Part shown: in pieces, positions 50,381 to 62,100 of the stretch
How the letters are laid out: each line of letters opens with the position of its first letter
Position numbering within the stretch: the first letter of the stretch is position 1
Source of the DNA: Sphagnum compactum
Lineage: Eukaryota
DNA length: 64,000 bases
Reading direction: 5' to 3'
Assembly (NCBI GenBank): GCA_965153455.1
Contig: OZ234493.1
Location: 16,668,213-16,732,212, forward strand
Translations under genes and position numbers: made by a program
The notes under the pieces: generated by a model
The model's input: only the letters and a program-made list of their open reading frames with translations
Told to the model about the DNA's origin: nothing
Database searches by the model: none

Positions 50381-53300
50381 TAGAGTTGGGTGGGTATTAG
50401 AAAATGATTAAAAATCGAGCAAGGTTTGAAGTTGGGTTTGAAGCTGATACTTTTTAGTATTACCTAGGGTCATATCTTATTTGAAACCCATTCACTAATT
50501 GTCATTGAATTGAAAAGCAGCCACTTGAAAACTTGTCTTTATTTTATTTTTAAAATTTGGATACCCTCTTAGGGTAATAAAAATTACGAAGTCAGGGTTT
50601 TAAATTTTTCCCAGTACTTTGGTACATTCAATAATCATTTAAGTATTAGGTAAAATTTTAAATTAAGTTTATGGTCTGCAAGGTGTTGTTAGACAATGAC
50701 TGTTTTTCAAATTACAAATAAGTTTTTTCCTCCAAAGTTGTTTATAATTAAAAATAGTTTATAGATTGTGTTTTGAAGGTTTTGTGCATTGTGTTTTTGG
50801 GTTGGCTTTTGATTTTGTTCCTTTGTTTGTCAATGTCTTTCCTTGTTCTTGTGCTCTTGCTCATTGGTGCCACTTTTGGTTTGTGTGCTCTTGTTCATTG
50901 GCGTCTTTTCTAGTTTGTGTGTCGTTTGTTTTGTTCATCGACACTTTTTTTGGTTCATGTGTTTTTGCTCATGAATGTCTCTCCTAGTTATGTTGCTTGT
51001 CAATTCTTTTCTTAGTTCTATTTTTCTTTGTCACCTTTCTTGGTTCTATTACTCATTGACATTTCTCCTAGTTCTTTTGTTCGTCAGTGCTTCTTTCAAT
51101 TTTGTTGTTTTTCACCGTCTTTTCTAATTTTGTTGCGCCTCTCTTAGTTTTATTGTTTCTCAACACCTTTCTTAGTTTTGATACTCCTTGGCATTTCTCT
51201 TGGTTATGTTGCTCCTCAATGCCTCTCCTAGTTCTATTGTTTGGTGCCTCCTAAAATATTTTTTTGTTGATCCTTGGTCCTTTCCTAGTTTTGTTACTCT
51301 TGCCCCTTTGTTCTTTAGCACCTTTCTTGGTTCTACTTTGCTCTTCAAATTGGTATCTTTTCCTTTGTGCAAATGTAGAGCTAGAGTTTTTTTCAAGTTT
51401 CAATTTCAATTTTGAAGTAAGTTTTGTTTTTCTTCAAATTCCATTCAATTTCAAGATGTATCTTTGTTTGTAAAATTATGTTTTGAGTTTTTTTCTAGGT
51501 TTGTTGAAACAAATATACCTATTGAAGAACAAATTTATTCACAAAAAAATTAATTCATTTACGTTTTTTTGAATGATGAAGAGAGGCCAGAGAAGTGATT
51601 TATTTTTTCATAATTGTAAATGTTTACGAATGCTTTGATCTAATTTTCATAACATAGTTGAGATAATTCAAAATTGAACCCATTATTTTGGCCAAAAACA
51701 TATTTGTTTACAACTTCTCCATTTTAAATAATTTTCTAGTGACAAATGGAGTCTAGTCAAAATGAAAATATAATATCCATTGAAAATGAAATGGAACTAA
51801 ATGTCAATGAAATGAATATTGTAGAGGAATTATGGGAACATTAGAACAAAAAGAAAGTCTCCAAACAAAAAATAATATAACAAAAAATAATGAAAAAAAG
51901 GTGCATTCAAAAACTACATTCTCAAAGAAAAATATGGAAATGACATAATAGAAATGTATTATGTTGGGCCTTTTATTGTGTTAATGATGGGAAAGATGTT
52001 GAATGGGGAAGTTTAGAAATCATGAGATGCATTCATTGTTACATTAATCTTGTGAACAATATTAATCCAAGCACAAAATACAAAAAAATGTTTAATAACA
52101 TATTATAAAACCTATGGAATAACTAGTTTGAAAAAACATGTGGATGCAATATTTGTCATAATTGTAATTTTTTTGGAGGAAGAGGTCAATATTCCAATAA
52201 AAGGTTTTTGTTAAAAGACAACCATTAAAGAAAAGGCTTAATGTGTCATGCGTATTGTAATATTTAATTTTTTGCTGTTAGAGATTCTTTTAAAAAATGA
52301 TGTGTTTCAAAAAGAATTTTTGCAAAACAAGGTCTTTTGATGTGAAAAATCACTTTCTTTCGCGATTTGTGAAAAGTGTTTGGTTTAAGCGTTTGGTTTT
52401 ACATTTGTGTCCTTGAGTTGTCTTCTTTCCAAAACTTAGTTATTTCGTAAAATATCCTCTAATTTGATGAAAAAACGAAATAAGATTATATTTTGCCAAA
52501 AATTGATATTTTTGAATTTTTGTTTATGCATGTTTAAAGGGGCACATGATATATTTGCAGGATTAATTTTGTGGGATTTGATTGGTAACTTAAACAAGTG
52601 ACTATTGGTTTGTTTGAGGCAATAGAGACAATTAGTCAAAGCTTGGCTAACAAGTTAACAAATTGTTCAATCAATATGGGTTAAAAAGAAAAGTCATTGC
52701 ATATGTAAATAATGAAGGGTCAAATTTGAATTTTATGACAATTGTCTTGAAATTTGCTATGAGTTATGAAATCCTAAGTTTGGATGAAAGTTATCAAAGT
52801 ACTTATTTTGGCCATGTTTTTTCTAAGGCATGTCAATATGTTATTATTGACAAAAAGGTTTACAAAAATTTCAGATTTGTTTCCATCAAATCTCCCCAAT
52901 CAAATTTGCAGAAATGTATAACTTAATTTTAAAAATCTAGGAAGGACAAATAGGAATGGAACAAGGCTTGTTCAAATTCTAAACTTCACCCACAAAAATT
53001 GGATATTCTAGTGAAGATAAAGTGAACTTTCACTTATCTTTTACAACTAATTTTTTCCCCTTTTGTTTAATAAAAAATTGTTAGTTGCATATATTAACAT
53101 AACATAATTAAATGTTTTTTTAGGTTTGTTAGCAAAAACATTATGTTCCAACAAGCTTTGCAATTCAAGGATATTATTATCCTTTGTTACAACAACAAAA
53201 TTAGTGAGAGAATGCCACCTTTTCTTACATGGCACATTTTTAAAATAGTTGTGAATTCTCTTTTTCCTGTTGTGAGGGCTTGTGTTTTGAACCAATCTAA

Positions 53301-54475
53301 TAGCCATTAGTTGCTTTTTGATGCACTACAATTTTTCATTATTATGTATTTAAAATTTAGGGAAAAAGTTACAAATTCATTACTCCAAATCAATTTGATT
53401 GATGACGATTATGAAATTGTTCTTGAATTCTCATTGTTTGCTTTCAACGTCAAAAAAAAAGTTTGTGGTGTTTTAGATTTTGTCCTTTAAAAAAGAAAAT
53501 TGAAAAAAAAATGCACAACATGTCTTTTTATGCTAAACTTTATATTTAAAAACTTTCGTCTAATATTTGTCTTCTTGACCATGTGGAAGGTGTGAGTATT
53601 GTTGAAGAATATGATAGATGATTTTTATATCCTATGCTTTTGAAGTGCTATTATCATTTGCATCCAATGATAGAATCTGAAATTGAATGTGCAAAAAAAA
53701 ACATGATGAAAATTTCAATTTGGATATTTTTGAACACACTACCAACACAAGTGAACCAGTGAAAGAACTTGTCACCAAGGAGTTATTGATTTTTAAAGGC
53801 CACTAAGTGAACCCCAATGAAAGGAAACGAAATGTCTTTTTCAATGATGGAGAAACATGAAACCATATTTCCTATTATTTATTTTTTGACTTGTTGAATT
53901 TTATGCATTGTAAAATCGCAAATTGAGATTGAAAGGATTTTTTCTTCAACGGACATACTTACAAACCTAATGAGATGTCATTTACAATCACATAATTATT
54001 ATTTTTTGATTTTCATTAGAAACAATTAACTAGCTAATCTTTAAAATGATTATAAACCACTCTCAAATTTGGTGGAGTTAATTGAGAAGGCTTTAAATTT
54101 GAGGAATTAGAAGAGTGTGAAGAGTCATCAAAACATGATGAAATTGTGAACATATAAAATGTTGGAAAAAATTATTTTCATTTTTTCATTTTCCTTGTAA
54201 TTCTTAAAATTAAAAATTAAAAAATTACATATTTGAAACAAAATAATTTTTAAAAATTGGTATGTGACAACCGTCTTTGAATATTGGCAGGTTTGAAATG
54301 TGTGAGACCCTACACTTTGAAAACCAAGTGAAAAGAATTTTCCAAAATTTTGAAACCTTGCCTCGGTCTCTTGAAAAAAAATTAAAAAAAATTAAAAACC
54401 CAAGGTAACTCTTGTAAACTCTTCTAAAACCTGGACCCAATGTGTCTTAAAAAACTTGAGAATCACCCAACACTG
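50381..54475 (+). mobile_element. Decayed full-length hAT transposon
   Basis: Ends TAGAGTTGGG...CCCAACACTG; both flanks contain GAATAA (TSD remnant); CT-rich 5' region; transposase inside. Confidence 0.8.
51930..54160 (+). pseudogene. hAT transposase pseudogene
   Basis: CWAFYCVNDGK...MRCIHCY...GITSLKKHVDA (BED); KVIAYVNNEGSNL...FGHVFSKACQY; IVKSQIEIERIFS (dimerisation). Many stops and frameshifts. Confidence 0.9.
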
Positions 54476-55368
54476 GAATAAGCCATCAGTCCCTGAAATC
54501 AAAGCACATCCATGCTTTCCTTTGGCTCTTGGAGATAGACAAAAACTTCACCCCCCCCTCAAAACCCGAAAGAAAGAAAACTAAGAACCCTAGTGCTTGC
54601 TGAGCCTTCTGATTGGCTGCACAAAATTTCTATTTCCAAAACCATGTCACCATTTTCAACCTGGGCTAATACACTTCCTAAGAGCGAGGTATTCCTGACC
54701 TTGGGTGTCTTCATGTGGAAATCACCAAGTTGTATCAGATTCATGCCCAACAAGCCTTCAAACATTTCAAGGTGATGATGAGCCAAAGACATGTCAAAAC
54801 CTGACTAACTCTACTAGCATATATGGGAAACTAACATAGAAAAGTCTTTGAGTTGTTGCACCCTTGAGCCTTCTGTTCCCATTGTTAAACAAACCATTTG
54901 AAACATGTCCAGCAACAACTCTATAGTATATAGTGTGGTATATAAACAATAATTTGCATGACTTCTAGGCATTATACAATATGTTAAATAGAGTTTGGAC
55001 TCATAAATATGGTTCTTGGAAGGACCAATAAAACAAGTATGATTGGCCTTGATTCCTCAGTCACAATGATTGTTCCATGTGATCATATTTAACTGATCCT
55101 TCACTATGCAATGTCTAGCTAAAAGATGTCATGTTCATTGATGGTGATGAGCAAATCATTTACACATTTGTTTTCAGAAGCAATAGAGACACTCATTTTT
55201 AAGTTTCACCAACTTCATGTTAATTGGTGCTGATGGTGAAATAAAATTAAGAGTATTTTGGATGTGATAGACACTCCGTGAATGCCCTTTACCACGTGTG
55301 ATGGGTATGGGTAGATCTGCTCCCTTAAAAGTTGTTAATAGATAAACCTCTCATGAAATAACTTATAG

Positions 55369-55590
55369 TGCGTGCATTCACACTTGATGTTAACTCACTG
55401 TTAAATGAAAATCTAGGTGGCATCCTAGGTGGCACCCAATGTTAAATGGGTGATAGCTTAATGTTTAAGTGAAATTGTAGCTTAACATAAAAATGTTCAT
55501 GGTAATCAAGTAGGTGTAAGTCCTAAATGATTAGCCTGGTGTTAATAGACTCAACACGAGAGTCCCTAACATCAAGTGTGAATGCATCTT
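55369..55590. mobile_element. PIF/Harbinger (Tourist-like) MITE
   Basis: Perfect 20-bp TIR TGCATTCACACTTGATGTTA (55373) / TAACATCAAGTGTGAATGCA (55567); TAG trinucleotide on both outer flanks. Confidence 0.8.
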
Positions 55591-58500
55591 TAGTAGATTA
55601 CAAACACAATATTATGGCTTTTGAAAATCATTCAATTCAGAACATTAGATATGTATGCACAAAATTTAAAAAAAACAACAGAGCTCAATGTGGATTGATT
55701 GTCTAGATGCACGGCGTTTTGGATTGGCTGGATTTGAAGTGCTTCCCTTTTCTGATATCTATTAGGCTTTTCTGGACTAGCCAGCAAGTGAGGCAAAATT
55801 CTGGTTCCCAGAATATTTCCTTGCAAGGAGGGATTGGAAGAGGTCCATGCAGCAAAATGGATTCCAAGAGTAAGAATCGAGTTTGAGTGATGGAGTCCCA
55901 TTCCTTGTTTTAGACGGATTATATTGTCTTATGTGAATGAACCCGATGTGTATAATATAATCAACTCAAAAGAGCAAAATAAACTTTTTGTACCTAGTGC
56001 ACACAAAAGTGGAACAACATGCTATGGTTTGCATCACAAGCCAATTTCATGGCTGCATGCCGTTCCACTTGGTGACAAGAGGTTATTGTCATCAACTTGG
56101 TTACCATTCTATCTAAAAGTTTTGAAAGAATTTTTGCTAGTAGAATACTTTTCAGTAGTAGAGATCCAAGACCGTTGATATTATGCTAAAATATGTGTAG
56201 GACCCTTTCTCGAGGTTGCACATTCTTCAGATTAAAGCTGTGATAAGATGTGTAGGACCATGTCTAGGGGTTTCCACATTCTTCAGAATAAAGTTTCCCC
56301 CCTCTCCTCCTCCCCCTCTCCCCCCAATGGGGATTCATGGAGTGAAAAGGCTTTCCATTCATTTTGCACTTCCAAAAGTGCCATCCACTGAATCCTTTAG
56401 CTATCTATACATGTGAGAAAGGGAAGGATGAATATAAGAATGGCAAATGGGACATGCACCTAATTCTCCGAGATCTTGTGTACGTTTGCTAAACATCCTT
56501 TCTAGTCATTCCCTCCTCCAGAAATGCTCGTTTCGCTCCATCCAAATCCATCTACCAAATCAGCCCTTCCACACCTTGAAAGCAAAAGGTGAGCAATTGA
56601 AAGAAGGGAAAGAAGAATGTTCCACAAAGATTCACAATAGATTTACGCCATTTTGCACACTTTTTTAGGTTAGTTTTTCTTCAAGCCGGATCTAAAATGA
56701 TCATAAAATATAAGGTCCCCTAGTCATGTGTTTTTCCGAAGAAGATAGATATGTCCATATGATCTCTTGTGTTGGGGCTAACTAACTACCTTGTAAAAAA
56801 TCATACCAAGCACTTGATTTGAGCATTGACAAGGGGATCTTATAATCTCTAGGAGTCTAGTATTTCAAGCCCATAATTTAGGAGGAACCCAAGTTGGATT
56901 GTACCCATACATTATTTATCCAAATGCCCCAAGTTCTAACCTGTGATTGTTTTTTCCTTGCCAATGATTTGCTTACTTGCGTAGGTGTAAAAGCTGATAT
57001 TTGGGTATATTTGGTTTGGATTCATTCGTACAAAATTTGGATGTTGCTTTGCTTTCCTTGCTCCCACTTGCATCTCAAAAATCCAAACATTCATTTTCTA
57101 AACAGCGATACAATCATCCGTGTCAATTATTAGTGGCCTTTCCCCCGGGGCACCAATGCCACTGCGCAATTGCAGAATGGTTGTCTATTTACAAAGACCA
57201 AAGAGAAATGAACACCACATCCCCGTAGGAGGATGGGCAAAACGCAGGGAGAAAAAAACAGTTAGCAATATTTGAGTAGGTGAGTAACGGTCGGATGAAA
57301 TCATGCACCACATTCCACAACCCCACTGGCATTGTGAATAGTGCAATAAAATTTCCCAATAATTGGAGAAGTTTCATACCCTAGAGGTAACCATTAACCA
57401 TTATTCATTGGCTCATTAACTATTAAAAATAACTTCAAAATCTTAAAATGAAGTATGTTCATATGTTCGTCAACCGCAATCAATAAAACAAATTTTTTTG
57501 ACCTAAAGGTTTACTTGATTAAACCCTAAACCCCAAACCCTCATGCGCATGTGGACAAAAACTCACACCCATCATCATCCCACTTGGTTTTGCCTATAGT
57601 AATTAATCCTAACTTAATCATATGATATAAGGTAAAAGCAAAGAGCTTCAATTCTATTGAAATGATAGGGTGATTGGAAACAAGGATGATGAGACCAACT
57701 TGACCCCAACTAGGTGCAACTTGAAAATCAATCAAGATGCACATGTCCGAGAATTCTTCTTTGATGCAAACACATCCCAAGTATATCTTGGGATTGATCA
57801 AATGTGTTGTAGTCTTCTTCTTCATCATCATCATCTTCTTAAAAGTTGCAAAACCAATGACATTTCGAAAATAGCATTACCCAAGAAAATCTTGGTCTCT
57901 ATGAAAGGGCACCACCACTACACTTTGCATTCCTTGGCACTATGATATTGCTCAACATCTTTGTCCACAACAAAGACGATAATAACAAAATAGCAAGACT
58001 TGGTCATTGCGGACTAGGATTTGAGTTGTGAATTCACAACTTAAATGGTGAAGAGGTGCTTTGTGGCACTAGTTAATCCACAAACTAAGGTGACTCCTTT
58101 TTTGGCTTTGGGTTTCTTTAAAATGATACGAATCTATCCAATAGTTTTAGATGATTTGAAGCTTATCAAATTGATTTGAAACGCTTCAAGACTTAATGTA
58201 AATTCCAATTAATTGTAAGTCATGATTTGAAACTTAGAAATTTGAGTGGCCATGAAACTTATCCAAATTAACTTTAAGTGACATTCATTCATTCATTAAA
58301 TCCATGGTTAATGATATAATTTCTTAACTGATTTTGAATGTATGAATGAATGAAAGGAAGAAGGAAATTTATTGATTACCCACACATGATGGATAGAGGG
58401 TAAAGAGAAAATTAATCAAACAGAGGTGTTCATCTAATATGTCCAACTTTCATCCATGATGGTCCGCATTTCATGCCCCAAAAGTATGGGTAGGTAGCCA

Positions 58501-58659
58501 CTACAAACGCACCGGATTGGTTGATCCGCAGGAAAAACGGGGAAGGGAGGGGGGGGGGGAGGAAAAAAAAAGAGAGAGAATCGATTTGCGCAAATTTTGA
58601 GAAGAGTGGCGCAATTGTGGTGCATCTCTTTTGTTTTGTTTTGATCGCCCCGCGGCGGG

Positions 58660-58976
58660 TCCAAGCCACCCGACCCGGCCGCGTCGCCGCCCAGGAACGG
58701 GTGGCGGACGCCCAAGGGAACCGCGACATCGCCTTCTCTCTTTGGTGTGTCCCTCGCTCGCCTGCTCGCTCTCTCCCGCTCGCTCTCGCGCTCTTCGATC
58801 TCGCGCTTTTCTTCCTCGCACAAGTATTGGGCGTCGTCGTCGTCGTCATTTGCTTTTAGCTGCTGTCGCTCCTGGGTCTTCCGTGGAAAGGTCTCCATTT
58901 CGGTTTTTGTAAGCAATTGGGTGGTGGACGGCTTGCAATCTCTCCCGGGAACAGAGGAGGAGTCGGAGAAAGAAGG

Positions 58977-59008
<32 letters not shown>

Positions 59009-59122
59009 CAAGGATTGGGGTGGGCAGTGGGGGAGGTGGAAGAGTCAGAGCTGCTGTATGTCTGATAGACTGGGGCTGGGAAACGAGTATCTGGGTATTG
59101 GGGTGCTTGCAAACCCCTGTCA
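58660..59122 (+). promoter_or_regulatory. GC-rich promoter/5' UTR of the amine oxidase, with CT-rich tract and (GA)n microsatellite (about 58977-59002)
   Basis: CpG-rich island immediately upstream of ATG 59123; CT/GA tracts are typical of plant 5' regions. TSS not determinable. Confidence 0.55.
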
Positions 59123-62100
59123 ATGGACTCACGTGCGGAGGCGGCGAAGATTTGCTGCCACTCGACCGCCGTCGCTCGCAATTGCTGCGACGTGCAGCAG
59201 CAGCAACAACAGCAACGTTGCAGCAGCAGCAATACGAGGAGTTCCGACGCTGCTGGTTCCTTACAGTCGCAACCGGCTTCTTGTGAGGTAGAACTCGGGG
59301 ACGAGCATGAGGAGGAGGAGGAGGAGCAGGAACAACAGCAAACTCGTGATGCGGAACATAGCCGCAACAACAACAAAAAGCCAGCAGCGCCCACCTTCGT
59401 TGGCTCCCTGGACCCTGCTGCTACTGTTGGAAGCAGTTCTGTCAAAGGTAAAGTACTAGCCAACAATTCGGACTTCTAGCTCAAGATTCTTTGTGAATTA
59501 GACTTGCACAACCGGCTCTGGTTCTTCTTCTGGCTCCTGTATCTTACTAGTTGTGAATGCGTCTAGGGGTCTTGCTCATGTGTCGGCTGTTCGTCCTTTA
59601 GATTCCATCATGTAGCAGGCTCCGCAGCTGAATGTGGTGGTTGGTTTTCGCCAAGGAATCAACAATCACAGTTGTCACCGGCTAGGAATCTTTTTCGAAG
59701 ATCCCACTCCTAATTCAATCTGTAAACATGAGCTCTGGAATCAATCATGCATTAGACTGGTCCTTTGTCACTCTGAATTCTGGGAATCGGATCGAGCAGT
59801 AGAGCCCCCCTGGGTGGATGGGGAGATTGTAGTTCCGCTTGAGGTGCAGGCAGGCATGCACTGAACAAATGGGGGAAAGGGGAGAGTTTTTGCTGCAGGT
59901 TCAGGTTTTCTGGTGTTGAGGTCGCAGTCAGCACATCCATTGGATCCCTTGACACCTACAGAGATTGCAGTGGCCATAGCTACTGTTAGAGCAGCAGGAG
60001 ACACTCCTGAAGTAAGTGTGCAAAAGACCTATCCATCAAACGAGGTTTATATGTTTTACTTGCTGCTATAGCATCTGTGGTCTGATGTCACCAAGAATCT
60101 CAAGATGGATGCAATTCAAGGATTTTTCTATCTCTCTCTCTTCCTTTTTTGGGTTTGATTTCTGTGTACAAGATGATGAAGATGGGATACAAAATGCTTG
60201 AAATGCCAGGTGCGAGATGGCATGCGATTTGTGGAGGTGGTATTGAATGAGCCAGGCAAGAATGTGGTGGCACTAGCTGATGCCTACTTCTTCCCACCAT
60301 ATCAGCCGATGCTCTTCAGATCTAAGGCTGGAAATGTGCCAGGAGCTTTTGGGCCCATGTATCCATTACAGCTGCCACCACGGCAGGCCAGATTGGTGGT
60401 TTACAATAAGAAAACAAACGAGACCAGTGTCTGGTTAGTGGAGCTCAGCGAAGTGCACGCTACTGCCCGTAGTGGTCATCACCGTGGCAAAGTTCTCTCT
60501 TCTGTTGTCGTCCCTGACGTTCAACCTCCCATGGTAAGCCAAGCTCAGGAGCTATGTATCCCCATGATATCTCCCTTCACCTCTACCGTGCTTTGCCTAA
60601 TCTCTAGACATTCCATCTCTGATGGTCTTTTCCTGCAACCATTTCAGAGGGTCCTTTTCCTGCAATCCGTTTCAGAGGGTTCTTTTTCTGCAATCGGTCT
60701 CAGAGGGTCTTTTCCTGCAATCTGTCTCAGAGGGTCTTTTCCTTTGCAGGAAGAAAGTGAGAACTATTTCACTAGAAAACACTTAATGCTGTTGTTGGAG
60801 AGGAAAAGATCATGCATGTTTGATCATCGTAATATTGTATGCTGGTAAAATACAATTGATGCTGTTTTTTGTGTTCATTGGGAGCAGGACGCGGTTGAGT
60901 ATGCAGAATGTGAAGCGACGGTGAAAGAGCATGGACCTTTTGTTGAGGCAATGAAGAGACGTGGTATTGACGATATGGATCTTGTGATGGTGGATCCATG
61001 GTACACATTTTCTTTTTTGCTCAGCATGGTGCAATCTTTGTGGGAAGTATTTTTCAGCTTCTTGTAACTCTAGTGTTTGCATAGTTTTTTGATGACAGAA
61101 TTCCTGAAAAAAGTTGAGGAAGATGGAATTGATGAATGGATGGTGGGCATGGGGTGATCTGCAGGTGTGTAGGTTACTATGGAGAAGAAGATGCTCCAAG
61201 TCGAAGGTTGGCAAGGCCTCTAGTGTTCTGCAGAACACCAGGTGCTTGTCCCCTTGAGAATGGGTATGCACGGCCAGTGGAGGGCATCCATGTGCTGGTA
61301 GATATGCGGCAAATGAAGGTTAAATCTTGGACTAATTCTATGCCATATTTGCTGAATCTTTGTTGGCACTCAACATTTTTTCTGTGGGTATTATTATTAA
61401 CCTGTCATCATTGCAATCAAAGTACCTCTGAGTGAGATATGTATCTGAACTTCTCTTGCAAGGAAAAAATATGACAGTAACGAATGCATTTGTTGACATG
61501 CATGCAGGTGATTGAGTTTGAGGATAGATATCTTGTGCCATTGCCCCCTCCAGATCCCCTACGAAACTACACAGCTGCTGCTTCGAGAGGGGGAGTGGAC
61601 AGGACGGATATCAAGCCCTTGTTAATCTCTCAGCCTGAAGGTCCTAGTTTCCGAGTCAATGGCTATGCAGTGGAATGGCAAAAGGTAAATCTTGTGGCAA
61701 TTCAGATGTAATTTACAGGGGACGAGAGAGGATGTGGAAAATTTTCTCAGGAGGGGCACAATATGGGTGGAGCACTAGTGTGTGTTGCAGCCTATGTAGA
61801 GACTGTCTGAATTTGCAGTCTAAATTTTTGTGGATGCTTTTGTAATGCATAGTGGAATTTTCGAGTTGGTTTTACACCAAGGGAAGGATTGGTCATCCAC
61901 ACAGTAGCCTATGATGATGGTAGCCGTGGTAGACGCTCAATAGCACATCGCCTCAGCTTTGTCGAAATGGTGGTACCATATGGTGACCCAAAAGATCCAC
62001 ATTATCGGAAGAATGCATTTGATGCAGGAGAGGATGGCTTGGGCAAGAATTGCCACTCTTTAAAACGGGCAAGTGCTGTTTTGACCTCTCTTTTGTTGAT

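Noticed and set aside
50766-51473. Hydrophobic membrane-like ORFs
   Set aside because: Translation of the T-rich low-complexity 5' region of the hAT element; the same applies to 42834-43154.
57521-57541. AAACCCTAAACCCCAAACCCT telomere-like repeat
   Set aside because: Three imperfect units only; a common interstitial motif, not a telomere or telomerase RNA.
58430-59466. Multiple long ORFs on both strands
   Set aside because: By-products of the GC-rich promoter, GA microsatellite and triplet repeats. Only the frame from 59123 splices into the amine oxidase.
60541-60561. AAGCTCAGGAG resembling the miR390 5' end
   Set aside because: Only 11 nt match, with no hairpin partner.
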